In this document: piece by piece, positions 45,811 through 53,701 of the stretch
Position numbering within the stretch: position 1 is the stretch's first letter
Layout of the letters: the number at the start of each line of letters is the position of its first letter
Origin: a virus
IMG/VR virus record: IMGVR_UViG_3300017971_000027
Location: 19,797-83,796 of that record
Direction: 5' to 3' (one strand)
DNA length: 64,000 nucleotides
Notes under the pieces: generated by a model
What the model was told of the DNA's origin: nothing
Databases searched by the model: none
Seen by the model: the letters and a program-made list of their open reading frames with translations, nothing else
Translations under genes and position numbers: made by a program

Positions 45811-45840
45811 ATTATACCATAAACCAACCGCATTTGTCAA
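45811..45840 (-). promoter_or_regulatory. sigma70 promoter upstream of the Y-like array and Ro60
   Basis: TTGACA-18-TATAAT within the phage consensus AAACCTCTTGACA...TGGTATAAT. Confidence 0.85.
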
Positions 45841-45858
45841 GAGGTTTTGGGAACTTTT

Positions 45859-46140
45859 TTATCGAGTGTATGTCACGTAGCTGTCGGACTTGCCGTCAGC
45901 CCGTGGGACATTGACTGTCAGTTTGTCTATATTTGCCGAACGGTCGATATGAATTTCTTCGGTTCGGACCATGTACTCGTTACCGGCGAACCCGTCTTTG
46001 GCACTGTATATCGAATCGGTCAGCTCGAATGAACGATGCGCCATAGATAGTGACTTTTTAATCATTAGCGATGTGCCGAGAATTCCAACGGCCAAGATGG
46101 CCATAGCTACCAGCACCTCGACCAGAGTGAATCCTTTCAT
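45859..46140 (-). CDS. Type IV prepilin-like protein (PilV/minor pilin type)
   Basis: MKG-FTLVEVLVAMAILAVGILG class III signal with G-1/F+1/E+5. Confidence 0.8.
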   Translation of the reverse strand: MKGFTLVEVLVAMAILAVGILGTSLMIKKSLSMAHRSFELTDSIYSAKDGFAGNEYMVRTEEIHIDRSANIDKLTVNVPRADGKSDSYVTYTR

Positions 46141-46214
46141 GTCAGCATATCCCTGTAGAACATCTCGATTTTCATCTGCCAGATGAAACTTGTCATAATG
46201 CTGCCTCCTATATC

Positions 46215-46288
46215 TGGATGCCGTGGGAGGACTCGAACCTCCAAGTACAGGTCCAAAGCCTGTCGTGTTGCCTTTACACCACACGGCA
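46215..46288 (-). tRNA. tRNA-Gln(TTG)
   Basis: Cloverleaf; ACAGG CT TTG GA CCTGT; CCA encoded. Confidence 0.9.
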
Positions 46289-46296
46289 AATTTGTT

Positions 46297-46373
46297 TGGC
46301 GGTCATGACGGGATTCGAACCCGCGATCTCCTGCGTGACAGGCAGGCGACTTAACACACTTGTCCACACGACC
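46297..46373 (-). tRNA. tRNA-Asp(GTC)
   Basis: CCTGC CT GTC AC GCAGG; CCA. Confidence 0.9.
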
Positions 46374-46375
46374 GT

Positions 46376-46451
46376 TGGGGTGATAGACGAGACTCGAACT
46401 CGCACATACAAGGTCCACAACCTTGCGGTCTACCGTTGGCCTACTATCACC
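46376..46451 (-). tRNA. tRNA-His(GTG)
   Basis: CAAGG TT GTG GA CCTTG; G-1 and C73. Confidence 0.9.
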
Positions 46452-46499
46452 ATGCATTCTAATTATACCACAAACAACAACCTCGTGTCAAGAGGTTTT

Positions 46500-46575
46500 T
46501 GGTGCGGGAGAAGAGACTCGAACTCTCAACTCAAGCTTGGAAGGCTCACATGTTGCCAATTAACACCACTCCCGC
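46500..46575 (-). tRNA. tRNA-Gly(TCC)
   Basis: TGAGC CT TCC AA GCTTG; CCA. Confidence 0.9.
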
Positions 46576-46690
46576 AAATCGTTAGTCGGGATTGCTTACA
46601 TCCACGACTTGGTATTCTTCGCGTTCGCCGGGGTCGACCCCGATCTTCTCCGCGCCTCGGAAAACACCGGACCCTTTGGCAGTCGCGTTG

Positions 46691-47623
46691 TCACCCATCG
46701 ACCTCAGTTTCTTCGAGCGTATATCCTCGTCCACTTCCTTGTTCTTCGGAAGGGCTTTCATCGGTAGCGGTATTCCCTTTGGCATCGAATAACTCCTTGA
46801 TTATGTAGTTTGCTTGGCCTCGCGGAGACAAGAATTGGTCGTAGTAATATCGACCATACTGCTCCATTGTTTTTCTGTGCTCCTCTTCGTTGATCCAATA
46901 GCGTATCTTTTCTTCAAGGTCCGACATATCACGTTTGAAGTAATCGGCAATTGGAACACCGGGTGCTTTGCATCTTGGCTCTGGCATAAGTAAAAATCGC
47001 CCGAGAGCCAATATCTCGTTATGTCTGAACGTCCAGTCGCCCTTGTTCTCTTTCCCACCTTGCATGGCCAGACAGACCTTGCTCGCGCCAAGATAGTTCA
47101 AGTACCGGTCGCGGTTGACCAGCGTATGCTCGAACGGGTTGTTCGCGCTTATCTGCGGATTGATACTCTTCAGTCTGAGTACCTTTGATATCCCGTCCAT
47201 ACCTTCGACTATCTTACAGGCCTTTACACGGTCACAATCTTCGACCCATGCTCGGCCCATGAACGTCACGTCGATAGTCTGGTCTCGAGTTGACGGTTCG
47301 ATCTCTCCGAGTCTGCTAACCTGTCCAATCGGTCGGACTTGATCGGTAACCTCGTCAGCGAGCAGCATGATTCGGAACATCTTTGTATCATCAATATCGA
47401 AGAACTCGACCGGAGTCTTAACAAAGTCTCGAAAATCATACCACGCTGTTTCCTTCTTGCCGTCCTGTTCGACAGCGAAGTGATACGTCCCGCCGATCAG
47501 ACTGTCTTCGCGAAGCTTCGGATCATAGACAACCTCAAACCCGAGCCGCCTAAACCCTTCGGGGATATAGTCACACCATGCTTGGTAACGATACGGGCCA
47601 CTAGGCCAATACAATGTATTCAT
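46691..47623 (-). CDS. Putative GT-B glycosyltransferase (CgeB/YkvP-like C-terminal domain)
   Basis: DVTFMG, YLNYLGASKVCL..G...WTFRHNEILALG.FLL, DLEEKIRYW..E.HR..M...G..YY. Confidence 0.65.
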   Translation of the reverse strand: MNTLYWPSGPYRYQAWCDYIPEGFRRLGFEVVYDPKLREDSLIGGTYHFAVEQDGKKETAWYDFRDFVKTPVEFFDIDDTKMFRIMLLADEVTDQVRPIGQVSRLGEIEPSTRDQTIDVTFMGRAWVEDCDRVKACKIVEGMDGISKVLRLKSINPQISANNPFEHTLVNRDRYLNYLGASKVCLAMQGGKENKGDWTFRHNEILALGRFLLMPEPRCKAPGVPIADYFKRDMSDLEEKIRYWINEEEHRKTMEQYGRYYYDQFLSPRGQANYIIKELFDAKGNTATDESPSEEQGSGRGYTLEETEVDG

Positions 47624-48144
47624 GTCGCACTCCTTTTCATTGGCATCAAATCGCGATGGAATATGTTCCTGCAATTTGCCTGCACTTCATAACCATTACT
47701 TGAGTCAAACTGCCCCTGTGCCATGCCCCTAGACTTTTTCATAAACATATCATACGGTATCCGACCAACTACCCAGCCGTGCTGGTAGAGTCCGTTCTTA
47801 TCTCGATAGATCCGACAGAACACAAACCAGTGAGGGTGCTGATGTCCCAAGCTGGCAATAGCGACAGAGCCTTCCCAGTGCGATGGCGGTGTATGTGGTA
47901 CGCTTTGTGCTTTTGTCTTAATCTCTATCTTTGTGGCACCGAATGCATAATCATATCCGTGCGCACCGATATACCGAACTTCCGGTGCCACCTTCTCGAA
48001 CATCAGCTCGCCAAGCCTGCCGAGAATATTACCACCACCACCCTTGAATGACAGCTTGTTGTACGCATCTGTCCCTGCAAGAGCAGCCTCGTCGCGCATC
48101 TCTTGATTCAGATTTACCCGAATTGGACTATATCGTTTTTTCAT
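47620..48144 (-). CDS. Putative restriction-endonuclease-fold nuclease
   Basis: G.LGE..F, YDY, IEIKTK (PD-(D/E)xK-like spacing). Confidence 0.45.
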   Translation of the reverse strand: MKKRYSPIRVNLNQEMRDEAALAGTDAYNKLSFKGGGGNILGRLGELMFEKVAPEVRYIGAHGYDYAFGATKIEIKTKAQSVPHTPPSHWEGSVAIASLGHQHPHWFVFCRIYRDKNGLYQHGWVVGRIPYDMFMKKSRGMAQGQFDSSNGYEVQANCRNIFHRDLMPMKRSAT

Positions 48145-48148
48145 AATT

Positions 48149-48222
48149 TGGAGCGGATAGCGAGGATCGAACTCGCGTATTCTGGCTGGCAACCAGACAC
48201 CTTTCCACTAGGTTATATCCGC
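48149..48222 (-). tRNA. tRNA-Gly(GCC)
   Basis: TCTGG TT GCC AG CCAGA; U73 CCA. Confidence 0.88.
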
Positions 48223-48671
48223 TAAATCCTAAACGAGAAACTGCTCATTCCAATACCAGCTTCAACAAATATATCTACAGCTCTCTTACAACTCTCGAAC
48301 CATTTTCTCTTATGCCCAAAGTAAAAGTCTTCGGGCCACACAGCTCTTATAATTCCAGCGTTGGCTATAAGTACGGCACAATCTGCACACGGTGGATGGG
48401 TGATATATATCTTACATCCCTTAACTGGAATCCCGACCCTCGCTGCATTGGCTATTGCATTCGCCTCCGCATGGGCCACCCAGTAATATTTCTCGGGTCT
48501 ATTCCACCGTTCAGAAACGTCATCGTCAACTCCTCGAGGAAACCCGTTGTATCCTATCGACCTGACCTCATTGTCTGGCCCGACTATAACAGCTCCACAT
48601 TGTGTGCTGGGGTCTTTCGATTTCGTTGACACGTACCGCGCCATACCTTTGTAGAACTCGTCCCACGTCAT
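48222..48671 (-). CDS. dCMP deaminase
   Basis: SKDPSTQCGAVIV, GYNGFPRG, HAEANAI, PCADC. Confidence 0.92.
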   Translation of the reverse strand: MTWDEFYKGMARYVSTKSKDPSTQCGAVIVGPDNEVRSIGYNGFPRGVDDDVSERWNRPEKYYWVAHAEANAIANAARVGIPVKGCKIYITHPPCADCAVLIANAGIIRAVWPEDFYFGHKRKWFESCKRAVDIFVEAGIGMSSFSFRI

Positions 48672-48704
48672 TTGAAGGCGACCACCTCCCTTCCAGTTTT
48701 TGTT

Positions 48705-48782
48705 TGGTGCCAAGGGCCGGAATTGAACCGGCGACGGCGCAGATTTTCAATCTACCGCTCTACCTGACTGAGCTACCTCGGC
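48705..48782 (-). tRNA. tRNA-Phe(GAA)
   Basis: GTAGA TT GAA AA TCTGC; CCA. Confidence 0.9.
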
Positions 48783-48790
48783 GTTAATAA

Positions 48791-48876
48791 TGGTGCCAGT
48801 ACCTAGAATCGAACTAGGAAGGCCATAAGACATCTGATTTACAGTCAGACCCCGCTCCATACGGGACTACACTGGC
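48791..48876 (-). tRNA. tRNA-Tyr(GTA)
   Basis: TCTGA CT GTA AA TCAGA; long variable arm. Confidence 0.88.
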
Positions 48877-48882
48877 ATAAGT

Positions 48883-49410
48883 CTAAAGTATCTCTACCCC
48901 GAAAGATTCTTTCATTTGTTTCAAGGCCCACAAATGTGCCTCATTGTCAAACGCCATCACGTAATTTCGATCAACATAAACGTGGTAATCCCTGTTCCTC
49001 AACTCTTCCACAGTATACAAGATACAGAGGTTTGTGCATACGCCAACGACCTCGCATTCTGTCGGATTGATATCTTCGAGCGCACGTTCCATAGCGATAC
49101 TTCCGTAGAAAGCGGAGTATCTTGTTTTGGGGACCACCCAGTCGTGCTTAACTATTGCACCCTTAATCTTATCAACTACCTCTGATTCCCATGTTCCTTG
49201 AATGCAGTGAGGGGTGGAAAAGTTGAATTCCTTGTCATTCTTCTTGTGCCGGTCGCAAACGAAGATAACTCGGTCTCCGTTCATGTGATACTGCCGCACC
49301 TTTTTCTCTATGGAATCAACCAGAGCTTCCACGCCCTCACCACAATACATTGATCCGTCGGGATGACAGAACCCGTTTAACATGTCCGTTACAACTAATG
49401 CTTTTGCCAT
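48883..49410 (-). CDS. pncA: Nicotinamidase/isochorismatase-family cysteine hydrolase
   Basis: VVTDMLNGF, D.H, PHC..GTW, K..YSAF, VGVCTNLC (Asp-Lys-Cys triad). Confidence 0.8.
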   Translation of the reverse strand: MAKALVVTDMLNGFCHPDGSMYCGEGVEALVDSIEKKVRQYHMNGDRVIFVCDRHKKNDKEFNFSTPHCIQGTWESEVVDKIKGAIVKHDWVVPKTRYSAFYGSIAMERALEDINPTECEVVGVCTNLCILYTVEELRNRDYHVYVDRNYVMAFDNEAHLWALKQMKESFGVEIL

Positions 49411-49538
49411 TTCGCACCCTTTCAATTTTTAAGCTTTTCCATTGCAGCGCGGGGTTCCCGATCCCGCCTTCCACTCCACACTCTCCTAACCGGCCACTGT
49501 ACAGCCGAAACTGCCGATGGCGAAGCAACGGAACGTTC

Positions 49539-49620
49539 TGGTGCATGAGAAGGGAGTCGAACCCTTATGCCGAAGCAGACGGTTTTGAGCCGACCGTGTA
49601 TTCCATTCCACCACTCATGC
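49539..49620 (-). tRNA. tRNA-Leu(CAA)
   Basis: GTCGG CT CAA AA CCGTC; variable arm; CCA. Confidence 0.88.
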
Positions 49621-49745
49621 AAAAATTCAGCCGTGGGCTTTCGTTGAGCCACCTCCCTACTCGCCCACATAACCTCAATGCTGTCCGCTTATGGCATACG
49701 GAGTAGTCTTATATGACGCTTAGGCTGTAAAACATTCCTATTATT

Positions 49746-49822
49746 TGGTACGGGTGAGAGGATTCGAACCTCCAAAAACCTTGGGTCTAAGCCAAGTGCA
49801 TATGCCTTTCTGCTACACCCGC
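49746..49822 (-). tRNA. tRNA-Leu(TAG), short variable region
   Basis: CTTGG CT TAG AC CCAAG; CCA. Confidence 0.85.
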
Positions 49823-49929
49823 ATTTTCATCTGTTCGCGCAAATATTTCATGGTGGCCGGTACCGGCGTAGGCGACAACCCCTGCCAAAAGATACCGCAT
49901 CCGAACCAGCACCGGCTCACCTTAATTTT

Positions 49930-50004
49930 TGGTAGCGGAGATCGGAATCGAACCGACATATACTTGGTTATGAGCCAAGCGAGTTACCAGTACTCTACTC
50001 CGCG
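49930..50004 (-). tRNA. tRNA-Met(CAT), initiator-like
   Basis: CGCGGAG acceptor with C1:U72 mismatch; CTTGG CT CAT AA CCAAG. Confidence 0.85.
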
Positions 50005-50051
50005 CCACTGTTTCTATTATACCACAAACGACCGCCGATTGTCAAGAGGTT

Positions 50052-50966
50052 TTAGAGAATCATTGTCTTCCGCAACTCTTTCTCGACTAGATTCATGCCT
50101 TCGCTGTGATTATTTATCGTGCCTTCTAACTGCGCCTTATCTGTCAACTCGAGCAACCTACCGAATACCGGACTCGGTTCCAAGCCAATCGCAATTAAAT
50201 CGTACCCATCAACAAATCGCTTTTCAGGTATCGCTGGCAAATCGTTCTTATCATTCTTAAACTCGTCCCAGTACTTCTTGATGCTGTCGGCGTCATTCCG
50301 GTTTAGCATATCGTCGGCTTTCATGAACTCGACCAGCTTCTCAAAGTCGCTATGACGCATCAGCTCTTCACGCTTGCTGTGTCGCATGTTCATGAACCAC
50401 TTGATACGCATGTGGTTCTCGATGATCCATTTTACGTCTCTCTGGACAGTCTCATTGAAACCTAATCTCTCGAGAACAACACCAGCAATCTCGACGGACT
50501 TTTTTTCATGACCGGCTGTCTTCATTGCTTTGCCGGTATCATGTAACAGCGCAGCCCATCTGAGATGTTTTGGCGCACGTTGAACCACCAAACATGTATG
50601 CCGAAACACATCGCCCTCTGGATGATAGGCAGCGTTCTGGTCGACGTATTCAAGTATGTCTACCTCTGGTATCAGCTGTCCGAGCAGTCGAGTCTTCTTG
50701 AGCAGAACCAAACCTGTCGCTGGATGTTCGGACCCGAGGATGAGATTCAACTCGTCCCGGACCGCTCCCATCTCAGCGAACTTGATCTGGTGCGCGTTAG
50801 CCCGTATCGCACGGACAGCTTTGTCGCCTGTGTTGTAACCGTTCTGGACGACTTTTCGAACGTACCGTAGCATATTGATATATTCTGGATTGAATGATTC
50901 TGCCGGTTCGCCGTTACAAACCAGTGTCATGCCTTCAATCTTGAACGTCATCGTTTTGCCTTTCAT
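50052..50966 (-). CDS. HD-domain protein resembling the C-terminal part of a CCA-adding enzyme
   Basis: ERxxxEL-like segment, YHPEGDVFRHT, LRWAALLHDTGK, GHE..S, I..HM; N-terminal nucleotidyltransferase head (GG..RD, DxD) absent. Confidence 0.8.
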   Translation of the reverse strand: MKGKTMTFKIEGMTLVCNGEPAESFNPEYINMLRYVRKVVQNGYNTGDKAVRAIRANAHQIKFAEMGAVRDELNLILGSEHPATGLVLLKKTRLLGQLIPEVDILEYVDQNAAYHPEGDVFRHTCLVVQRAPKHLRWAALLHDTGKAMKTAGHEKKSVEIAGVVLERLGFNETVQRDVKWIIENHMRIKWFMNMRHSKREELMRHSDFEKLVEFMKADDMLNRNDADSIKKYWDEFKNDKNDLPAIPEKRFVDGYDLIAIGLEPSPVFGRLLELTDKAQLEGTINNHSEGMNLVEKELRKTMIL

Positions 50967-50972
50967 AATAGC

Positions 50973-51049
50973 TGGTCGGAGCGGAGGGATTTGAACCCCC
51001 GACTTTCTGGTCCCAAACCAGACGCGCTTCCAAGCTGCGCCACGCTCCG
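50973..51049 (-). tRNA. tRNA-Pro(TGG)
   Basis: TCTGG TT TGG GA CCAGA; CCA. Confidence 0.92.
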
Positions 51050-51054
51050 AAAAC

Positions 51055-51128
51055 TAGTAGGGACTTGCAGGAATCGAACCTGCACCACCCACTCTCTGTA
51101 GGGCATTCTGCCATTAAAATATCGTCCC
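51055..51128 (-). pseudogene. Degenerate tRNA-like element
   Basis: Intact T-arm and D-arm; irregular anticodon arm (CCCTAC AGAGA GTGGG); mismatched acceptor; ends ACTA. Confidence 0.6.
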
Positions 51129-51136
51129 ATAATATT

Positions 51137-51212
51137 TGGTGGAGCCAAAGGGAATCGAACCCTCAACTTCTGCCTTGCAAGGGCAGCACTCTCCCAGTTG
51201 AGCTATGGCCCC
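51137..51212 (-). tRNA. tRNA-Ala(TGC)
   Basis: G3:U70; CTGCC CT TGC AA GGCAG. Confidence 0.93.
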
Positions 51213-51217
51213 AAATC

Positions 51218-51291
51218 TGGTAGCGGTAGATAGAATCGAACTATCATTAAGCGATTATCGGTCGCTGGCTCTACCGTTGAGCTATACCGCT
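51218..51291 (-). tRNA. tRNA-Ile(GAT)
   Basis: AGCGA CC GAT AA TCGCT (C33). Confidence 0.88.
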
Positions 51292-51297
51292 AATTTC

Positions 51298-51373
51298 TGG
51301 TGACCCTGACCGGATTTGAACCGGCGATCTTCAGAGTGAAAGTCTGACGAGTTATCCGCTGCTCCACAGGGTC
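51298..51373 (-). tRNA. tRNA-Glu(TTC)
   Basis: TCAGA CT TTC AC TCTGA. Confidence 0.88.
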
Positions 51374-51383
51374 ATAAATATTT

Positions 51384-51457
51384 TGGCGGGAAGGAGAGGA
51401 GTCGAACCCCCAGTTCTGGGTCTGGAATCCAGCGTGTTTCCGTTACACTACCAACCC
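51384..51457 (-). tRNA. tRNA-Trp(CCA)
   Basis: CTGGA TT CCA GA CCCAG; G73; two U:U pairs in the acceptor stem. Confidence 0.8.
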
Positions 51458-51465
51458 GCTTACAC

Positions 51466-51543
51466 TGGCTGTGACGGCTGGGATCGAACCAGCGACCTTC
51501 TCCTTAACAGGGAGTTGCTGCTACCTAGCTGAGCTACGTCACA
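51466..51543 (-). tRNA. tRNA-Asn(GTT)
   Basis: ACTCC CT GTT AA GGAGA; U1:A72, G73. Confidence 0.85.
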
Positions 51544-51658
51544 ATAATTCTATTATAGCGATGGTGGCTAAGGCTGGGGCTTAGGCTTTAAGGCCAAGGT
51601 TTCCCTTTTGCATGTGCCGGTTCCAGCTCACATCTTACCATTTCAGAGCCACCATATC

Positions 51659-51735
51659 TGGAGCAAGCAGTCGGATTCGAACCGACGATTACCGGTTTTG
51701 CAGACCGGCGTGTTCAACCGCTTCACCATGCTTGC
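51659..51735 (-). tRNA. tRNA-Cys(GCA)
   Basis: CCGGT CT GCA AA ACCGG; U73. Confidence 0.9.
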
Positions 51736-51792
51736 TAACTCTCTTGTACCCATTATACCATAAACAGGTACCATTTGTCAAGAGGTAATTTT

Positions 51793-51868
51793 TGGAGCCG
51801 GTGACAGGAATCGAACCCGTAACCCACTGCTTACAAGGCAGTCGCTCTTCCTATTGAGCTACACCGGC
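51793..51868 (-). tRNA. tRNA-Thr(TGT)
   Basis: ACTGC CT TGT AA GCAGT. Confidence 0.92.
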
Positions 51869-51956
51869 TCAGTTTAGGTGACTTGGACGAGTGCTACCTA
51901 GTGAGCAGTTTGTATCCAAGTTTTCCGATCTCGTACCGTTTCCGGTCACCCAATTT

Positions 51957-52031
51957 TGGTGCTCCACCAAGGATTCGAACCTTGAATAGTTGCTTGTAAG
52001 GCAACCGTGATCGCCATTTCACTAGCGGAGC
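51957..52031 (-). tRNA. tRNA-Val(TAC)
   Basis: GTTGC CT TAC AA GCAAC. Confidence 0.88.
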
Positions 52032-52037
52032 ATTAAC

Positions 52038-52112
52038 TGGTAGGCATGAGAGGACTCGAACCCCCACTAATTGATCCGTAGTCAATCGTGCTGTCCATTA
52101 CACTACACGCCT
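52038..52112 (-). tRNA. tRNA-Arg(ACG)
   Basis: ATTGA CT ACG GA TCAAT. Confidence 0.85.
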
Positions 52113-52274
52113 ATTTTATCTTTGGAAACTTCTTCTCAACTCGCAACGTCTTTCCACAATACACGCACTTAAAATGCTGTATCAACACACCGCGAATTAT
52201 CTCGGTCCCACAGGCTTTCACCCAATCATGACCGAGCAACCAACATAGCCGTTTCCGTATTTTGAAAGCCACTA

Positions 52275-52874
52275 CTAGCCTCCTTCAAGTTCAGTGTTCC
52301 AGTATACTTTGTCGACAAACTGTTGCCATGCATCATGTGCTTTGACTTTGTCTGGACTCACTCTGAACAGCCACGCCGGTTTTTTTGGTTTTCTCTGCAG
52401 TTTCATTCCTGCTTCTTCTGGCGTCTTGTCAGACTTTATTGAATTACATCTCACACACGCCAGCACAATGTTGTCCCAAGTGCTTTTGCCACCACGAGAC
52501 TTTGGAACAACGTGGTCCATTGTCAGCTCGTGGCGGTCAAACTTTTTTCCGCAATACTGGCACCGGTAGTTGTCCCGTGCAAATATGTTTCGCCTACTAA
52601 ACCTGACCGCCTTGCCGAACATCTTATCGAAACCGGTTAACACAATAATAGATGGTACCGGAATTCTGTAGTTTGGCGACTTAATGAACCCGTTACCAGT
52701 TTCGCAATCCGACAGGTCTTTCCATGTCTCGAACTCGTGCAACGTGTAATCAACTGGGTTCATCGCCTTGGCCACTTCACGAAAAAGCAGCGTCAAGGCA
52801 TGTCTCGCGTTTATCACAGATATCGCGTTCCACGACTTGTTCAAAACTAATACGCTTGCGTTTTCGTAACTCAT
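52275..52874 (-). CDS. HNH endonuclease (HNH_5 type)
   Basis: VLVLN, FSRRNIFARDNYRCQYCG...TMDHVVPKSRGG...WDNIVLACVRCN..K. Confidence 0.92.
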   Translation of the reverse strand: MSYENASVLVLNKSWNAISVINARHALTLLFREVAKAMNPVDYTLHEFETWKDLSDCETGNGFIKSPNYRIPVPSIIVLTGFDKMFGKAVRFSRRNIFARDNYRCQYCGKKFDRHELTMDHVVPKSRGGKSTWDNIVLACVRCNSIKSDKTPEEAGMKLQRKPKKPAWLFRVSPDKVKAHDAWQQFVDKVYWNTELEGG

Positions 52875-52985
52875 TTGTGACTCCTTAAAACCATTTGTCG
52901 TATTTGAAAAACAATATAACAGAGACTATGACGGCGATCATGGCTAAAGTTCCAAATGTTTCAGCGTTCATAGTCTTCACCTTTA

Positions 52986-53062
52986 TGGTACCCCGACAGG
53001 GATTCCAACCCTGAGTATACGGCTTAGAAGACCGTTGCATTATGCTGTTATGCTATCGGGGC
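52986..53062 (-). tRNA. tRNA-Arg(TCT)
   Basis: ACGGT CT TCT AA GCCGT; T-loop TTGGAAT paired with a GC D-loop. Confidence 0.82.
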
Positions 53063-53361
53063 TTTGGCACAAGTGCGGGATTATCCTTAAGCACCTGTAC
53101 AATTACATTTGAGAGGTCGTCCACATTCTTTTCGCTCAACCCCATCTGGAGCAGGTTATCAATACCGTGCATAACCTCATGCCAAATATTTGTCTCTTTC
53201 AATGTTCCACTTAGGTCTTCGACCACCTCGATCAACTCTTTACTATAGGTTATTTGTCCAATCCTTCTCGTGTTAGAATCATCGAACGGTGGCGGTATAT
53301 CTTTCTTTTTTACGACCTTATATGTATACGGACCTATCTTGATCTCTTTTGGAAGTTTCAT
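53053..53361 (-). CDS. Small zincin-like (HExxH) protein, paralog A
   Basis: MKLPKEIKIG...IWHEVMHG...PKPR. Confidence 0.7.
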   Translation of the reverse strand: MKLPKEIKIGPYTYKVVKKKDIPPPFDDSNTRRIGQITYSKELIEVVEDLSGTLKETNIWHEVMHGIDNLLQMGLSEKNVDDLSNVIVQVLKDNPALVPKPR

Positions 53362-53370
53362 ATATCGCAC

Positions 53371-53682
53371 CTACCTTGGCTTTGGGGCCAACGATGGATG
53401 GTCTTTCAGTATCTGTACTATCCCGTGAGCCAGCTTGTCGGTTTTCTCTTCGCTCAACTCCATCTCTTGATCTTCTGCTATTGCATGGATCAGCTCGTGC
53501 CATAACGTCAGTTCACGGCGTGGCCCTCGTAGACTCTTTTTTATCTGAATCTTCTCGTCATCGAAATTCACATCTCCGTCGAGAGCAATCTTTTTACCAC
53601 TCTTTGTCGTGGCGAATATCTTTTCTGGAAACGATATTGTGTATGTATACGAGCCTACGACGATCTTCTTTGGTATCTTCAT
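53371..53682 (-). CDS. Small zincin-like (HExxH) protein, paralog B
   Basis: MKIPKKIVVG...LWHELIHA...PKPR. Confidence 0.7.
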   Translation of the reverse strand: MKIPKKIVVGSYTYTISFPEKIFATTKSGKKIALDGDVNFDDEKIQIKKSLRGPRRELTLWHELIHAIAEDQEMELSEEKTDKLAHGIVQILKDHPSLAPKPR

Positions 53683-53701
53683 ATCGCTTTCCTGTAAATG
53701 C

